Shown here: piece by piece, positions 51,670 to 63,611 of the stretch | How positions within the stretch are numbered: position 1 is the stretch's first letter | How the letters are laid out: each line of letters opens with the position of its first letter | Source: Tubulanus polymorphus | Taxonomy: Eukaryota; Animalia; Nemertea | Length of the DNA stretch: 64,000 nucleotides | Assembly: GCF_964204645.1 (NCBI RefSeq) | Contig: NC_134027.1 | Span: 19,368,560 to 19,432,559 of the forward strand | Reading direction: 5' to 3' | Position numbers and translations under genes: made by a program | Notes under the pieces: generated by a model | Databases searched by the model: none | Told to the model about the DNA's origin: nothing | What the model saw: the letters and a program-made list of their open reading frames with translations, nothing else

Positions 51670-53222
51670 AGAACGATGACCACACTCAAACGTGGTGAAC
51701 GGATAATAAGATAAAATCCCACTGTTTACAGATTAAAATAATTTAAAAACAAGAATTTATTTATTAAATCTAAAATATTTAAAAGAAAGGCCTTTTTGAT
51801 CTCACCCTAGAGATCATCGTCAGGTGTGAGAAATAGACTTAAAGGGAATTATGCGGAGAAAAGCCATTATTTAAATTGGTACTAATATCTGAGTGACGAG
51901 TAATTAGGGCAGACTCAACTATGTGGCGTTTAGTGTAATTGCTGGAAGTATAAATAATTTCGGCTTTATCAAAATTAAAACGATGACCAGTGTTCCAAAC
52001 GTGATTGGCTATGCCACTAGCCGGTTTTTGATTTATTATATCCTTTTTGTGTTCCGAAATTCGAGTTTTTAAATCACGACCAGTTTCTCCAAAGTAAATT
52101 TTATCACAGCCAAAACAAGGAATTTTGTAAACTCCGCAGTCCAAAGGTTTAGATTGATTGTTTTTAACCAAAGTCTTACTAATTTTGTTTTCATACGTGA
52201 AAATGATTTGTTTATCCAATAAAGGGAGAGAGTGACGAAACTTTTCCAAAACAGGTACATACGGAACTACAATGAACTCTGAAATGTGTTCTTTATTTTC
52301 TGGAGGTTTAGAATTGAAGAAAGTACGTTTAGCCTTAGAAATAGCGATTTTCAAAATGTGATCAGGGTAAGCCAATTTTCTAAGACAGTTGGATATATGG
52401 TCAAATTCAGCCGAAAATATATTTGACCATATATCCAACTCTCTTAGAAAATTGGCTTACCCTGATCACATTTTGAAAATCGCTATTTCTAAGGCTAAAC
52501 GTACTTTCTTCAATTCTAAACCTCCAGAAAATAAAAAACACATTTCAGAGTTCATTGTAGTTCCGTATGTACCTGTTTTGGAAAAGTTTCGTCACTCTCT
52601 CCCTTTATTGGATAAACAAATCATTTTCACGTATGAAAACAAAATTAGTAAGACTTTGGTTAAAAACAATCAATCTAAACCTTTGGACTGCGGAGTTTAC
52701 AAAATTCCTTGTTTTGGCTGTGATAAAATTTACTTTGGAGAAACTGGTCATGATTTAAAAACTCGAATTTCGGAACACAAAAAGGATATAATAAATCAAA
52801 AACCGGCTAGTGGCGTAGCCAATCACGTTTGGAACACTGGTCATCGTTTTAATTTTGATAAAGCCGATATTATTTATACTTCCAGCAATTACACTAAACG
52901 CCGCATAGTTGAGTCTGCCCTAATTACTCGTCACTCAGATATTAGTACCAATTTAAATAATGGCTTTTCTCCGCATAATTCCCTTCTTTCTAAGTATATT
53001 ACTTCATGCCTTGCCAAACACTAATTATTTACTCACTCACCAATTTACTCAATTAACCTGTCCTCCTCTGTATATATACCCCTGTTTTAAGTCTATTTCT
53101 CACACCTGACGATGATCTCTAGGGTGAGATCGAAACGTCGTGTCTTTTAAATATTTTAGATTTAATAAATAAATTCTTGTTTTTAAATTATTTTAATCTG
53201 TAAATAGTGGGATTTTATCTTA
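51670..53222. mobile_element. Penelope-like retroelement 3' end (GIY-YIG endonuclease + pLTR) as an inverted duplication
   Basis: Mirror ORFs 51839-52438 (-) and 52389-53024 (+) with GVYKIPC..CDKIYFGETG...KTRISEH; centre near 52413; 13-bp TSD atagctggtgaat at 51657-51669 and 53223-53235. Confidence 0.95.
53102..53143 (+). ncRNA. Minimal type I hammerhead ribozyme (Penelope-associated)
   Basis: Stem I ACAC/GTGT; core CTGACGA(T); stem II GATCTC-tagggt-GAGATC; GAAA; palindromic ACGT stem III; predicted cleavage after GTC (C53139). Confidence 0.88.
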
Positions 53223-53442
53223 ATAGCTGGTGAATCATCACGAAACAGGTGATTTATTGATTTAATGAGTAAAGTATTAAACCAAATTGTATTAATGAGG
53301 TTCGACTGAGGTTCCGTCTGATTGGTCTTCAGATGTGAGATGGTGATCTGACCACCTGACGATCTTGCGGGTTACCCATAGAATTGTAACAATGGGATTG
53401 GCTAGATGCAAGACTAAGCACAATCATCAACTAATTTCTTAC

Positions 53443-53800
53443 CGTTTAATTCAGGATTCGCTCGGCCGCTATACGTTCCATAGATATCATTGTGCATTGA
53501 GTTTTTCAGAGACATATCTTTCGACATCAGATCCTGAAGGGAATCTTTGTTGAATGCAGTTTTTTCCAGAATTGCAACTGCATCATCATCATCATCATCA
53601 CTATTGGCGCAGTCACCGCCTTCGATTGTTGTCGCATCAGCAGTGAATTTTCCATGTACAAAAATCGTCTTGGATTGGTGATTTTCATTGAGTATTTTCA
53701 GAATTTTAAACCCAGAAAAGTCGCCGATTGGTTGATGACACTGATCATCAATACTTCGATCATTTGCATCCAATTTGGCCTTCTTTTTTGCACCCTCCAT
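53443..53800 (-). CDS. DCPS: DcpS coding exon with first in-frame ATG (exon begins 53808)
   Basis: MEGAKKKAKL (NLS-like)...FSGFKILKILNE...AVAILEKTAF...NDIYGTY; donor gtaaga at 53442. The four exons total 999 nt (332 aa plus stop). Confidence 0.93.
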
Positions 53801-53865
53801 TTCTGTCACTGAAAAGACAAATTAATTTCAAATCGATTTTAGGATAGGCCTTCAAAACATTTGAT

Positions 53866-55135
53866 AAACTAGGGGTCCAGGGACACCATGCCCACTTGGG
53901 AAGTGGTTTCAAATGCTCAAAAATCTAACAATTTCAATATTCAACGCCCTCTGGTGACCATATACAAAAACCAATGACCTTAAAACTCACCACAATCATT
54001 AAACATGTCAGCAGCTACGATTTTGTAATTGATTGTGATCACAAAATATGCCTCGTTACCAATTTAATATGGAAATACTAAGTTATTCTACTATTTAACG
54101 CCCCCTGGTGACCATATTCATAACCCAATAACCTTGTATCTCACCACAATCATAGAACATGTCATGAACTACAACTTTGCAATTGATAATGGTAACAAAA
54201 TATGCCTAGGTACCAATATAATAAGGAAATACTAGGTTATTCTACTATTCAACGCCCCCTGGTGACCATATAGAATAGCTAATTTCCTTAAAACTCACTA
54301 CAATCATAGACGATGTCATGAGCTACAACTTTGCAATTGATTGTGGTGACAAAATATGTGTTGGTACAAATATTATATAGAAATACTAAGATATTGTATT
54401 ATTCAACGCCCCCTGGTGGCCATATAGGCCTACAAAAACCAATGAACTTGAAACTCAACACAATCATAGAACACGTTATAAGCTACAACTTTCTAATTCA
54501 TTGTTGTAACAAAATATGCTTAGGTATCAATATAATGTCGAAAAACTTTTTCCCACCTACGAATGAGTACTGATGACACCAAGATGGCCGCCAATTGCGC
54601 CATAATTCGCTGATAAAAAATACCTGTCTCAGGTATAAAACAGCCCTTTCCAAAGAATACCCATCAGCAATTGCAATGAGAAATGGCAAACCAGTAGGAA
54701 GCTACAGGACTCAGAATTCGGGCCAAAATTGACATTTTTTGGCACTTATCATAGGATGACCATCTTTAGTCCGATCGACCCAATTTTTCTTATGCTGATG
54801 GGCCCTGGGGAGGTTCAAATATATACAAAAGATCAAGGTAATTGAACAAGGCGTCTTCAAAATTTCCCTCAAAAAGTTCAAAAACGTGTAAAAAGTGCTG
54901 ATTTTGGCCAACAACAATGGCTGCCAGTCGGCCATCTTGAATCTAACAGGGCCAGTTTTGGGGCTGAAGATGTGTCTAGGGTAGATACATGCATAAACCA
55001 AATATAAAGATATTACCTTGCAGCGTCTCCAAAACTTCCCAAAATAACTGGATTCCGTCTACGGACGGACGGACGGACGAACGGACGAAAAGTGAACGCA
55101 ATAGCCCGCTGGGACTAAGGTCCCAAGTGGGCTAA
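53866..55135 (-). mobile_element. Intact HINE-like element with four ~154-bp tandem units
   Basis: Sub-TIRs, (GGAC)n at 55061-55087, hairpin gcccgctgggac...gtcccaagtgggc, CTAG-T end on -; units marked by aacgcccYctggtg at about 53944, 54097, 54251 and 54405. Confidence 0.85.
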
Positions 55136-55294
55136 AAAAGGCCTATCAACAGCCACCACATAGGACATGATACACTCGATAACCATCAACCACTACATTG
55201 ATCGTATTAAGTTGTAGGCCTATCTCTCTTCTCTAGCCTAATTGTAATCACTTACTAAACATACGATTTGTATTTATCTTGCAACTAAATTTAC

Positions 55295-57176
55295 GCTATT
55301 GCACTTTTGTACCCCCTACCATTTCTGCTTGTTTTTCCAGTGCTCTCTGATCTCTTGACCAAAAAAATGTATGATATTTTGGGGGATCAGATTTGCGACC
55401 ATGGTGAAATTCAGTAATCGTAGTTATAGTAGACTATCTGTGAAGTATGTGAAACCAAATGCGAGTTTATCTGAATTATCGCCTGAAAATAGTGAACCAC
55501 GCAATTCAACTTTAGTTAGCTATATCCATAAAAAACTCAAATAGCTCCAATCTTACTGAAAGAAAGCTTGTTGGAATGGGGAGGGCTCAAATAACAATAT
55601 GCTTTTTAAATTTTTGAATTATCTTCAGTAGTTTTCGAGATATCGCAAATTGAAGTTTGAAAATTTGAGCGAAAAGTGTCTTCATGTTTCAATACACAAA
55701 AACTGTGATCTAAGAAGGCAATAATTCATGTAAACAAACTTCAATATCTCTTAAACTAAAAGAGATATACTAGAAATTTAAAGAGCAATACACTCATAGC
55801 ACTTTCAAGTGACAGTTGAAAGACCCAAAATTTGTATCTGATTCCAAATGCCTATGGTTTCCATGGAAACCAGCCGAAAAATGGTAAAATAATGAAAATA
55901 TCGATGTTAGATCAAAAGTTATGATGTAGAAAGGGGATAGAATAGCTAGTTATCAATAGTTTATGTTTGCCCTAAGTTTATATAGGAATATCTATTATTA
56001 TATAGATTATTATTATTAGGTTTCCATGGTAACGGCAAGAAAAAATTTGAAATATTGAGAAATATTGATATGATTTCAGATGAAATTATTTTTTTCGCTA
56101 CATAATTTTTGAAATGAATAAACATGATTATCAAGGCCTGTCAGTTAGGTCTATAGCCATAGGCTCCTATTGCAGATTGATTTAAATATACCAATTTTAT
56201 ATATTATTTGCTAAATGAATTTTAGTTAAGAAAAGCAGAAAATTAGGCTTGGCCTAGCTCAAAACGCTGAAATTTGAAATATATTCATGATATCATAATA
56301 AAATCAATCAGTTTAGAAACATAAACCAAGCAATAGTAATAATACTACTAATAATAACTAAATAATAATCCATTTGTTTTGTTTTGAGCTAAATTTCAAC
56401 AATATTTTATATATATTTCAATTTTGCTGTCCCATCATGCGCCTCTATTTTTGCCCGTCACAAGCCTCAATTCATCCCATTAGACGCCTCCCTCTTTCAA
56501 CAGCCGCTTTACCTACGGGAGCGTAGTGGCGATCCGCGCGCAAAAAAAATTTTTTTGCCGATCATTTCGCGAAATCTGTCCTAATATTCAAAAATATAGT
56601 GATAAATAATTATGAATCGGAAAATAAATACAATAATTCACCGCTAGACCGATGAATAATTATATATTGATCTATTATATATATTGAATATTGATCTCAT
56701 CACGAGCAGCGCGGCGCGTCGTCATTCAATTACAAGTGCCGGCCGCCATTTTGTATCGCTCGCTTCAACGCAAAACTTAGACATCGACTTTTCCGGCAGC
56801 GATCGCTCAGCCCCGACACGAAATAAAATCATACGGTCTTCAGTATTTGAATTTTAAGATCCTAAACCTTCCGATTCCTGATGATTCGTCGCTTATTCCG
56901 GGTCCTAAGCTGACGAATTTGCTCTTGAAAAAGGGTATATTTCGATTTCTATTTTCTTCGACTAAAATGCGGATTTATACACTAAACCAACCCCCAAGTG
57001 ATAAAGATCGATCTTATTGGTTGATTCCAAAAGATTTTAGCTCATTTGCATTGATAGACAGGTTTTATGAATGATTTTACTACGCGATGTCAAAACGCGT
57101 AGTAAAAACGCGCATCACACTTTTCCTAATCAATAATGGTCGTCACAATCGATAGTGGCGCCCCGCGCGCACATGA
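55295..57176. mobile_element. Second, partial copy of the CAC/CGC-TIR element
   Basis: Starts cgctattgcacttttgtaccccct; 55515-57176 is near-identical to 27407-29075; lacks the far TIR. Confidence 0.8.
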
Positions 57177-57366
57177 ACATAGGCCTATCTACTTTAGTGA
57201 TAGGCCTACACCTTTCAACCCCCTATGTTGTGCTTGGAACTATTTTATTTAGCTGAACACCCCATGTTGTGCTTGGATACTGCATTCATGCTTATTTCTA
57301 ACCCCCCTTGAAATTCCTGGGGATGCCTACGAAAATAATGCCGCATCGGCAAAATATCGACTTCCT

Positions 57367-57643
57367 AACAGAAAATACACGCAGCTTCCTTAAAATTTAA
57401 CTCAGCTGTTTCTCAGCTGTAGGCCTACCGCTTATGACGTTGCAGCTGGCACCTGCTGGTTTTTAGTCGAACATTTAGCGGCATAAACAATGAAATGAGG
57501 TAAAAAATCATGTTACCTAATCAAAAATTGCGCGTTAGGTCTAAAGGCTAAGTAAACAATTTTGAACAGAACGGTTGAAGATGGGTGTATAGATCAATAG
57601 AGTACATTATATTTTGAAATTCAAAAAAGGTGTCAGTTACCCT
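57367..57643. mobile_element. Right end of the Kolobok-like element
   Basis: Homologous to 15088-15363; ends gtgtcagttaccct followed by TTAA. Confidence 0.8.
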
Positions 57644-57674
57644 TTAACCCGTAAACTAAACCCTAAACACTCAC

Positions 57675-57722
57675 TTCGCTCAGTTCGCTCGACTCTCCTT
57701 CTGCATTTGAAAGAGCCGCCAT
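57675..57722 (-). other. Candidate first exon of DcpS (ATG to donor) with adjacent promoter
   Basis: caaaATGGCGGCT start context (also a YY1-like motif), 16 codons MAALSNAEGESSELSE, then a strong donor gtgagt; phase does not directly match the next exon. Confidence 0.5.
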
Positions 57723-58104
57723 TTTGTTTTACCGGCACCGATCAGCAGTGTTTACCATGTAATCTATCTTTTTTGCTAAGTTTTAGTAGGTTAGTTAGGC
57801 CTATATAAGTGTCAGGATGCGAGTTGAGTTGCCAACCACATCTTTTAAGTTGGGATATAGTGGTGTTTAGATTATTCGGATTGGAAGACCTAAGTTAGTT
57901 ACCTAATCATTGGCCGGGTCGATTTTGTAGTTTGTGAACCAAACGGTAGATCGATCTTAGCGACATCTATGTGCAAATGAAGAAAACGTTGCATATTGAT
58001 GACATCATCTTCCTGCGAAAACAAAACAACATCACCGTTTAGTGTCGAATCCCAGCATGTCCGAGCAACTGCTACGCACTCCTACACGAGTTGCTACACG
58101 AGTG

Positions 58105-59565
58105 GACAATCGGCATTTTCCTGGACCTTTCGAAGGCTTTTGACACTCTTAACCACGATATACTACTAGATAAACTTGAACATTACGGCATCCGAGGAAT
58201 AGCAAGAGATTGGTTTTCCTCATATCTTTCTAATCGTCAACAATACGTTTCGTACAAATCCTACAACTCCTCTACGCTATCCTCAAACATCGGTGTACCC
58301 CAGGGTTCCATCCTAGGTACCCTTCTCTTTCTAATTTACATCAATGATATCTATGCCTCCACGGTAAACATGAAGTACATATTATTCGCTGACGATACAA
58401 ATTGCATTGCTTCTCATACACCTCAACACACTCATACAGTATATTAATTATGACCTAAACATATTGAATGACTGGCTTATCGCTAATAAACTAACCCCTA
58501 ATCTGAACAAAACTAAATATATCATATTTCATAATTATCAGAGAAGACCATTCATAAACCACATACAACAAATCAAAATAGGCAACTTTGAACTTGAAAG
58601 AGTAAAACAAATAGATTTCCTCGGCTTGACAATACATGAAAATCTGAACTGGAAACCACATATCGACAAAATACACAAGAAAATTTCACAAATTACTGGT
58701 ATCATAAACAAAACTAAAAACATCCTAGACACACAAAATTTACTTTCTCTTTACTACACCTTAGTCTATCCTCATTTGAACTATGGCTTGTTGGCTTGGG
58801 GCCACTCGCCTTATAATAAAAAATGCCTCCTAATCCAAAAGAAGATTGTTCGAATAATCACCAACTCTAGTACACTGCACACACAGACCCACTTTTTAAA
58901 AATCTTGAAATCCTCAAAATCAATGATGTCCTCATCCTTAAAACTGCACTTTTTATTCAAAACACCATCAAATCTTCACCCCATTACTTTTCTAATTACT
59001 TCACCGCGGAAAACTTATCTCCTTTAGTCAACATCAGAAAAAGCATATATTTAGACCACGCATATTCTTTATTTTCAAAACAAACACCGCCAACCCCGCA
59101 TCAAAATTCACCTCAAAACATTCTTTCAAACATCTGGCAAAAACTACCTTTTTCCAACGATATCCTACAAACAAGCAAACAAAATTTAAAACGTAAACTC
59201 AGACCATATCTCACCTCCACCTACAATGATATCCATCAATGTAATAACCCTAATTGTTATAATTGCTCACTCTCCTGAACCCTCTAGCTTACTCATATAA
59301 ACTCTCCTGAAATTATCAAAAATCATCAACTTTCATTTCCTTCCCCTTTATTTCTTCATTTCCCTTTCGTTTTTTTCCCTGGGTGCTTGCGACAGCGGCC
59401 TAAAGGCTTTGCTTGGCCCACACTGAAAGCTACTGTTCTCTCTCTCTCTTTTTATAATTGTGCTTTGTTTAAAAAAATTGTAGATTTTATTGTTTGTTTT
59501 CTCTCAACCTGTGTACATAGCCTGTCATGCTTTCTGTGAAATAAATTTGAACTTGAACTTGAACT
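58105..59565 (+). mobile_element. 5'-truncated L2/Crack-like LINE
   Basis: [30 protein letters not shown], frameshifted continuation 58407-59027; AATAAA and (TTGAAC)n tail at ~59540-59565. Confidence 0.9.
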
Positions 59566-59789
59566 CCCAAATGTGTTTAGATGAGACCGTTCAAGAGAAG
59601 GGACCAGGAAATGCCAACATCCTTATACTTTTTTGCTGTGCGTTTTTCGAGGTTTTCGTACTGCTCAGGGGTCCATGCTGTGAACAGCTCCTGCTCCTCT
59701 TAGGTGATACACCATAAAAACAAAAGGGCAACGATTTTTGTCGTTTTGAAAATATCAATTAAGATTAATCGCAAAATTAATCACAAAAG

Positions 59790-60657
59790 TTTGTATATGT
59801 TGTTTGGCTCTGATGATATCCCCGCAGATTTCCATTGTGACGGCGATATCATCAAAGCAAGTAATTACGGGAAACACCTTGGCTATGTTATGGATAACAA
59901 CCATCGTCGCTCTCGCAACAAATTAGTTGATTGTATCACTTCCAACGTTAACGTCAGTTTCAACTCAACTTATGCACTGTTTAATTACTTTGATATTAAT
60001 GTTAAATATAGACTATTTAAGACATACTGTACCTCTTTCTATGGTAGCCTACTCATTGATTATTCGCAAAAACACTGCGAACGTATTTTTTCGTCATACC
60101 GAATTGCCATACGTAAACTATTTGGCCTACATCGCCGAACTCACTCTAATCTGTTACCTTATATTACGAATGATCAATCAATAGACATCCAACTCCATAA
60201 TAGATTTCTTAAATACATTCACAAATCAGTTAACAGTCCCAATTCACTTGTTTCGTTCTGTTCCCTACTAGCTCTTAACGGCAGTAATTCAGCCTTGTCT
60301 CGATCTATCACCTTCATCTCCAATAAATATCACTTTGACAAATATGATTTAAAAAGCAAAGCCCCTATAATCTTTCAACCATACAACGATACTGTTCTAG
60401 TCCATACATCAACAACTATAATAGAACTTCTGAACTACCCGATTACCAATTTTACTAATAGTGAAGTATCTACCTTTTTAGATTATTTTTGCACATGTTA
60501 AGTATATTATGCCTTAAATAGATCACATACTGGTATTACTATATGAATAATATTACTTTTCTAATGTCTCTCATACTGTACATGTTGTTGTATATATCGT
60601 GTTTTTCCAGCTCAATGAGCGTTGTACTCTTCGGTACGAAATAAACAAACAAACAAT
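59790..60657 (+). mobile_element. Non-LTR retrotransposon 3' fragment (Proto2-like, tentative)
   Basis: KHLG...LFKTYCTSFYGS...IRKLFGL..RTH pattern of a post-RT region; AATAAA and (AAAC)n tail. Confidence 0.7.
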
Positions 60658-61411
60658 ATGCATTTTTATTGCATAGATATCTTGAAATTCAAAGAAGATA
60701 CCGGTAACAGTAACAATAATACTGAGCCCGGTAAGGTAAGTTACCTCAAATCATTTTCAAAAGAGTTTACCCCCGAAGTTGATACATAATTGCCTATAAA
60801 ACCAGGCCCTAAATGTTATTTCAACACACCCATTTATCATCATCGTCACGGACGAAAATGAGGCCTTACAAGGCCTATAGGTCTAGGTGTCCGGCTCGTT
60901 TTCTTTCCGCTTGGTGACAGGGGTAGGGAATTGCAATATAAGCCTAATGCTCTCAATAATTAAGATTACAAAGAATTAGTTCTGTTGATTAGTAAGTAGA
61001 TTGTTTTTTTATTAGTTAAATGAAAATCATCTGATTAGTTGGAATTTAATGTAAAACTAATTTTAGAATCATAAGAAACAAGAATTATGTATTTTATTTT
61101 ATCTAATATTTATCTATTTTTTTTATTTTGGGATTCGATGAACCACACAATTAAAATTAGTAAGTTGTCGTTATACAGTTGTTATTAATTTCAACCATTG
61201 GTCTGACAACCTCCATAAGATCAATTCAATGTACTATAACATTAAGCAAATGAATTTGTGCAATACATGTTTGTTAATAAACATAACACAAAATTAATCG
61301 ATAGAAATTATTAAGAAGAAACGAGTCAACATTAAATATGGCGCGTCTGGCGTCACTCAAAGTAGATGACGTCACATATCATACATAGATGTCGCTAGTA
61401 TTGATCTCCCG

Positions 61412-63175
61412 CAATTTTGAATCCCTTAAGAACTCATCTAAAAACTATAAAAAGGTCATCCGAGGAAATAAGAAAAAACAAAAAGATGAATTTATTAAGA
61501 TTGAGAGAATGCAAAATTAATAACCCAAAAAAGTATTGGTCGATGCTACTCTGCGAGCGGAACAAAAAATGATGAGGCTAATATAGATTACATTTTATGA
61601 GATTAAATGATTTGAATAATGTTAACAATGAAACCGATGACGGTGATGAGCCCCCAGACGTGGGTGACCCTCCTGTCTATGACAATTATATTTTGAACAG
61701 TGATATAACCGGTGATGGAGTATTTAAGGCTATCTCTTTACTCAAAAACAATAAGGCCCCAGGCATTGATGGAATCACGAATGAGCTGTTGGGAGTTAGT
61801 CAGTATCCGTTTTTAGTTGCTATATTACAAAAATTATTCAATTTAGTTCTTAAAACAGGATATGTTCCAGAGGTGGTCTATAAGGCGTCATCAAACCCAT
61901 TTTTAAAAAGAATGGCGATCCCTCTAATCCTGATAATTATAGAGCCTAGAGGTATTACCTTAGTTAGCTGTCTTGGTAAGTTATTTACAAGTATCCTAAA
62001 TCAAAGATTGTCAACATTCCTAGATACGAATGACATTATAAGTGAAGCCCAGGCTGGCTTTAGATCGAAATATTCCACCATTGATCATATTTACACGCTT
62101 AAAACAATCGTAGAGCTGTATCTTTGTCAGGGAAGAAGACTTTTAAAAAAATTAATTGCTAACAGTGTTAATGAAAACTTTTTCAATGTGGTCAAAAATA
62201 TGTATAATTCCATAAAATCATGTGTTAAATTTAATGGTTGCACATCACAATACTTTGCAGCTGATAGAGGCTTAAGACAAGGCCAAAATCTCTCACCTAT
62301 CCTCTTTTCGTTATTCTTAAACGACATCGATGAATTGTTCATTGATCGTGGAAAACCGACTTTGTCATTTATTTAAAAACTAAATTTGAATCGTGACCAG
62401 GATATTGATACTTTACTGAATTTATTCATAATACTATACTCAGATGATACAGTTATTCTTGCTGAGGATGAGAAATCTCTTCAGCTACACTTAGATACCT
62501 TATTTGAATATTGCGCGGCTAATGGTCTCACTGTAAACTCAAGAGAAAACTAAAGTACTAGTATTTGCGCGAAGTAAATCCCGGATAAAAACGATTTCGA
62601 AATTTATGTTTGGTGATCAAGAGTTAGAGGTAGTTGAAGATTATGTTTATCTCGGAGTAAAATTTAATTGGAATGGTAACTTTGCTAAGGAAAAAAAGTA
62701 TCTTTACGATAAAGCTATGAGAGCTATGTTTTCGATCGTTCAAAAAGGCAGACGTTTGAAATTGCCCATAGATGTTATGTTTAAATTATTTGATATGTGT
62801 GTTGCTCCAATAGCCATGTATGGGTGTGAGATCTGGGGATACGAAAATCTTGATTTATTAGAAAATATTCATTGCTTCTTCTGTAAAATTTTAATGAAAG
62901 TGACGAAATATTCTCGAAACTTACAAGTTTTATCAGAGCTAGGACGTTATCCTTTGAATGTAGATGTTAGACGCAGGATGATTAACTTTTGGGTTAAAAC
63001 AGTATCTGGAAAGCAAACAAAACTTAATTCAATACTTTATAAGATATCTTTCGATTTATTTTTAAGGGATAAATTTAAGAGCCCTTGGTTATCATATATA
63101 AAGAAAACCTTTGATGACTGTGGTTTGTCCTGTATTTGAACGCAGCAATTCATGACTGACAGAATCTAAATCTTT
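61412..63175 (+). mobile_element. Internal RTEX-like LINE fragment, same subfamily as 17357-21351
   Basis: ORFs 61597-62376 and 62606-63139 nearly identical to the minus-strand copy; several indels and stops. Confidence 0.95.
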
Positions 63176-63398
63176 TGGAAAATAGATATCTAATGTCGGT
63201 TAGTTTTACTTGCCGACATCGCCGACATTGGGAAAGAGATATTTAATGTCGGCGATGTCGGCAAGTAAAACCAACCGACATTGAATATCTATTTCCCAAT
63301 GTCGGCGATGTCGGCGATGTCGGCAAGTAAAACTAACCAATATCAAATATCTATTTTCCAATATCGGCAATGTCGGCAAGTAAAACTAACCGACATTA
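63176..63398. repeat. Complex direct/inverted repeat cluster
   Basis: Unit aatgtcggcgatgtcggcaagtaaaac(t/c)aaccgacatt occurs inverted at ~63192-63229 and direct at ~63246, ~63298 and ~63360. Confidence 0.8.
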
Positions 63399-63611
63399 AC
63401 TTTAAAATAACCAAATCACAACTTCAGTTTCTATATAATCATACACTGGAGGAACTACAATCCCATATACACTATACTTGATTCCGAAACTTCTTTATAC
63501 AGTCTCTGTCTTCAACCGGAATTTGAACTTGGTAGCACATTTTCTCGATATCTCCCATTAGAGCGATGTTCTTCTGTCGGAATCTTAACAACACACCGAG
63601 AAAACTACTAG

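Noticed and set aside
53575-53650. Poly-Asp stretch in DcpS as a novel domain
   Set aside because: It falls in a variable loop that, as I recall, is also acidic in vertebrate DcpS; a simple (GAT)n expansion.
53940-54540. Regularly spaced repeats as a CRISPR array
   Set aside because: The whole ~154-bp units are homologous, with no unique spacers and no cas genes; the context is eukaryotic.
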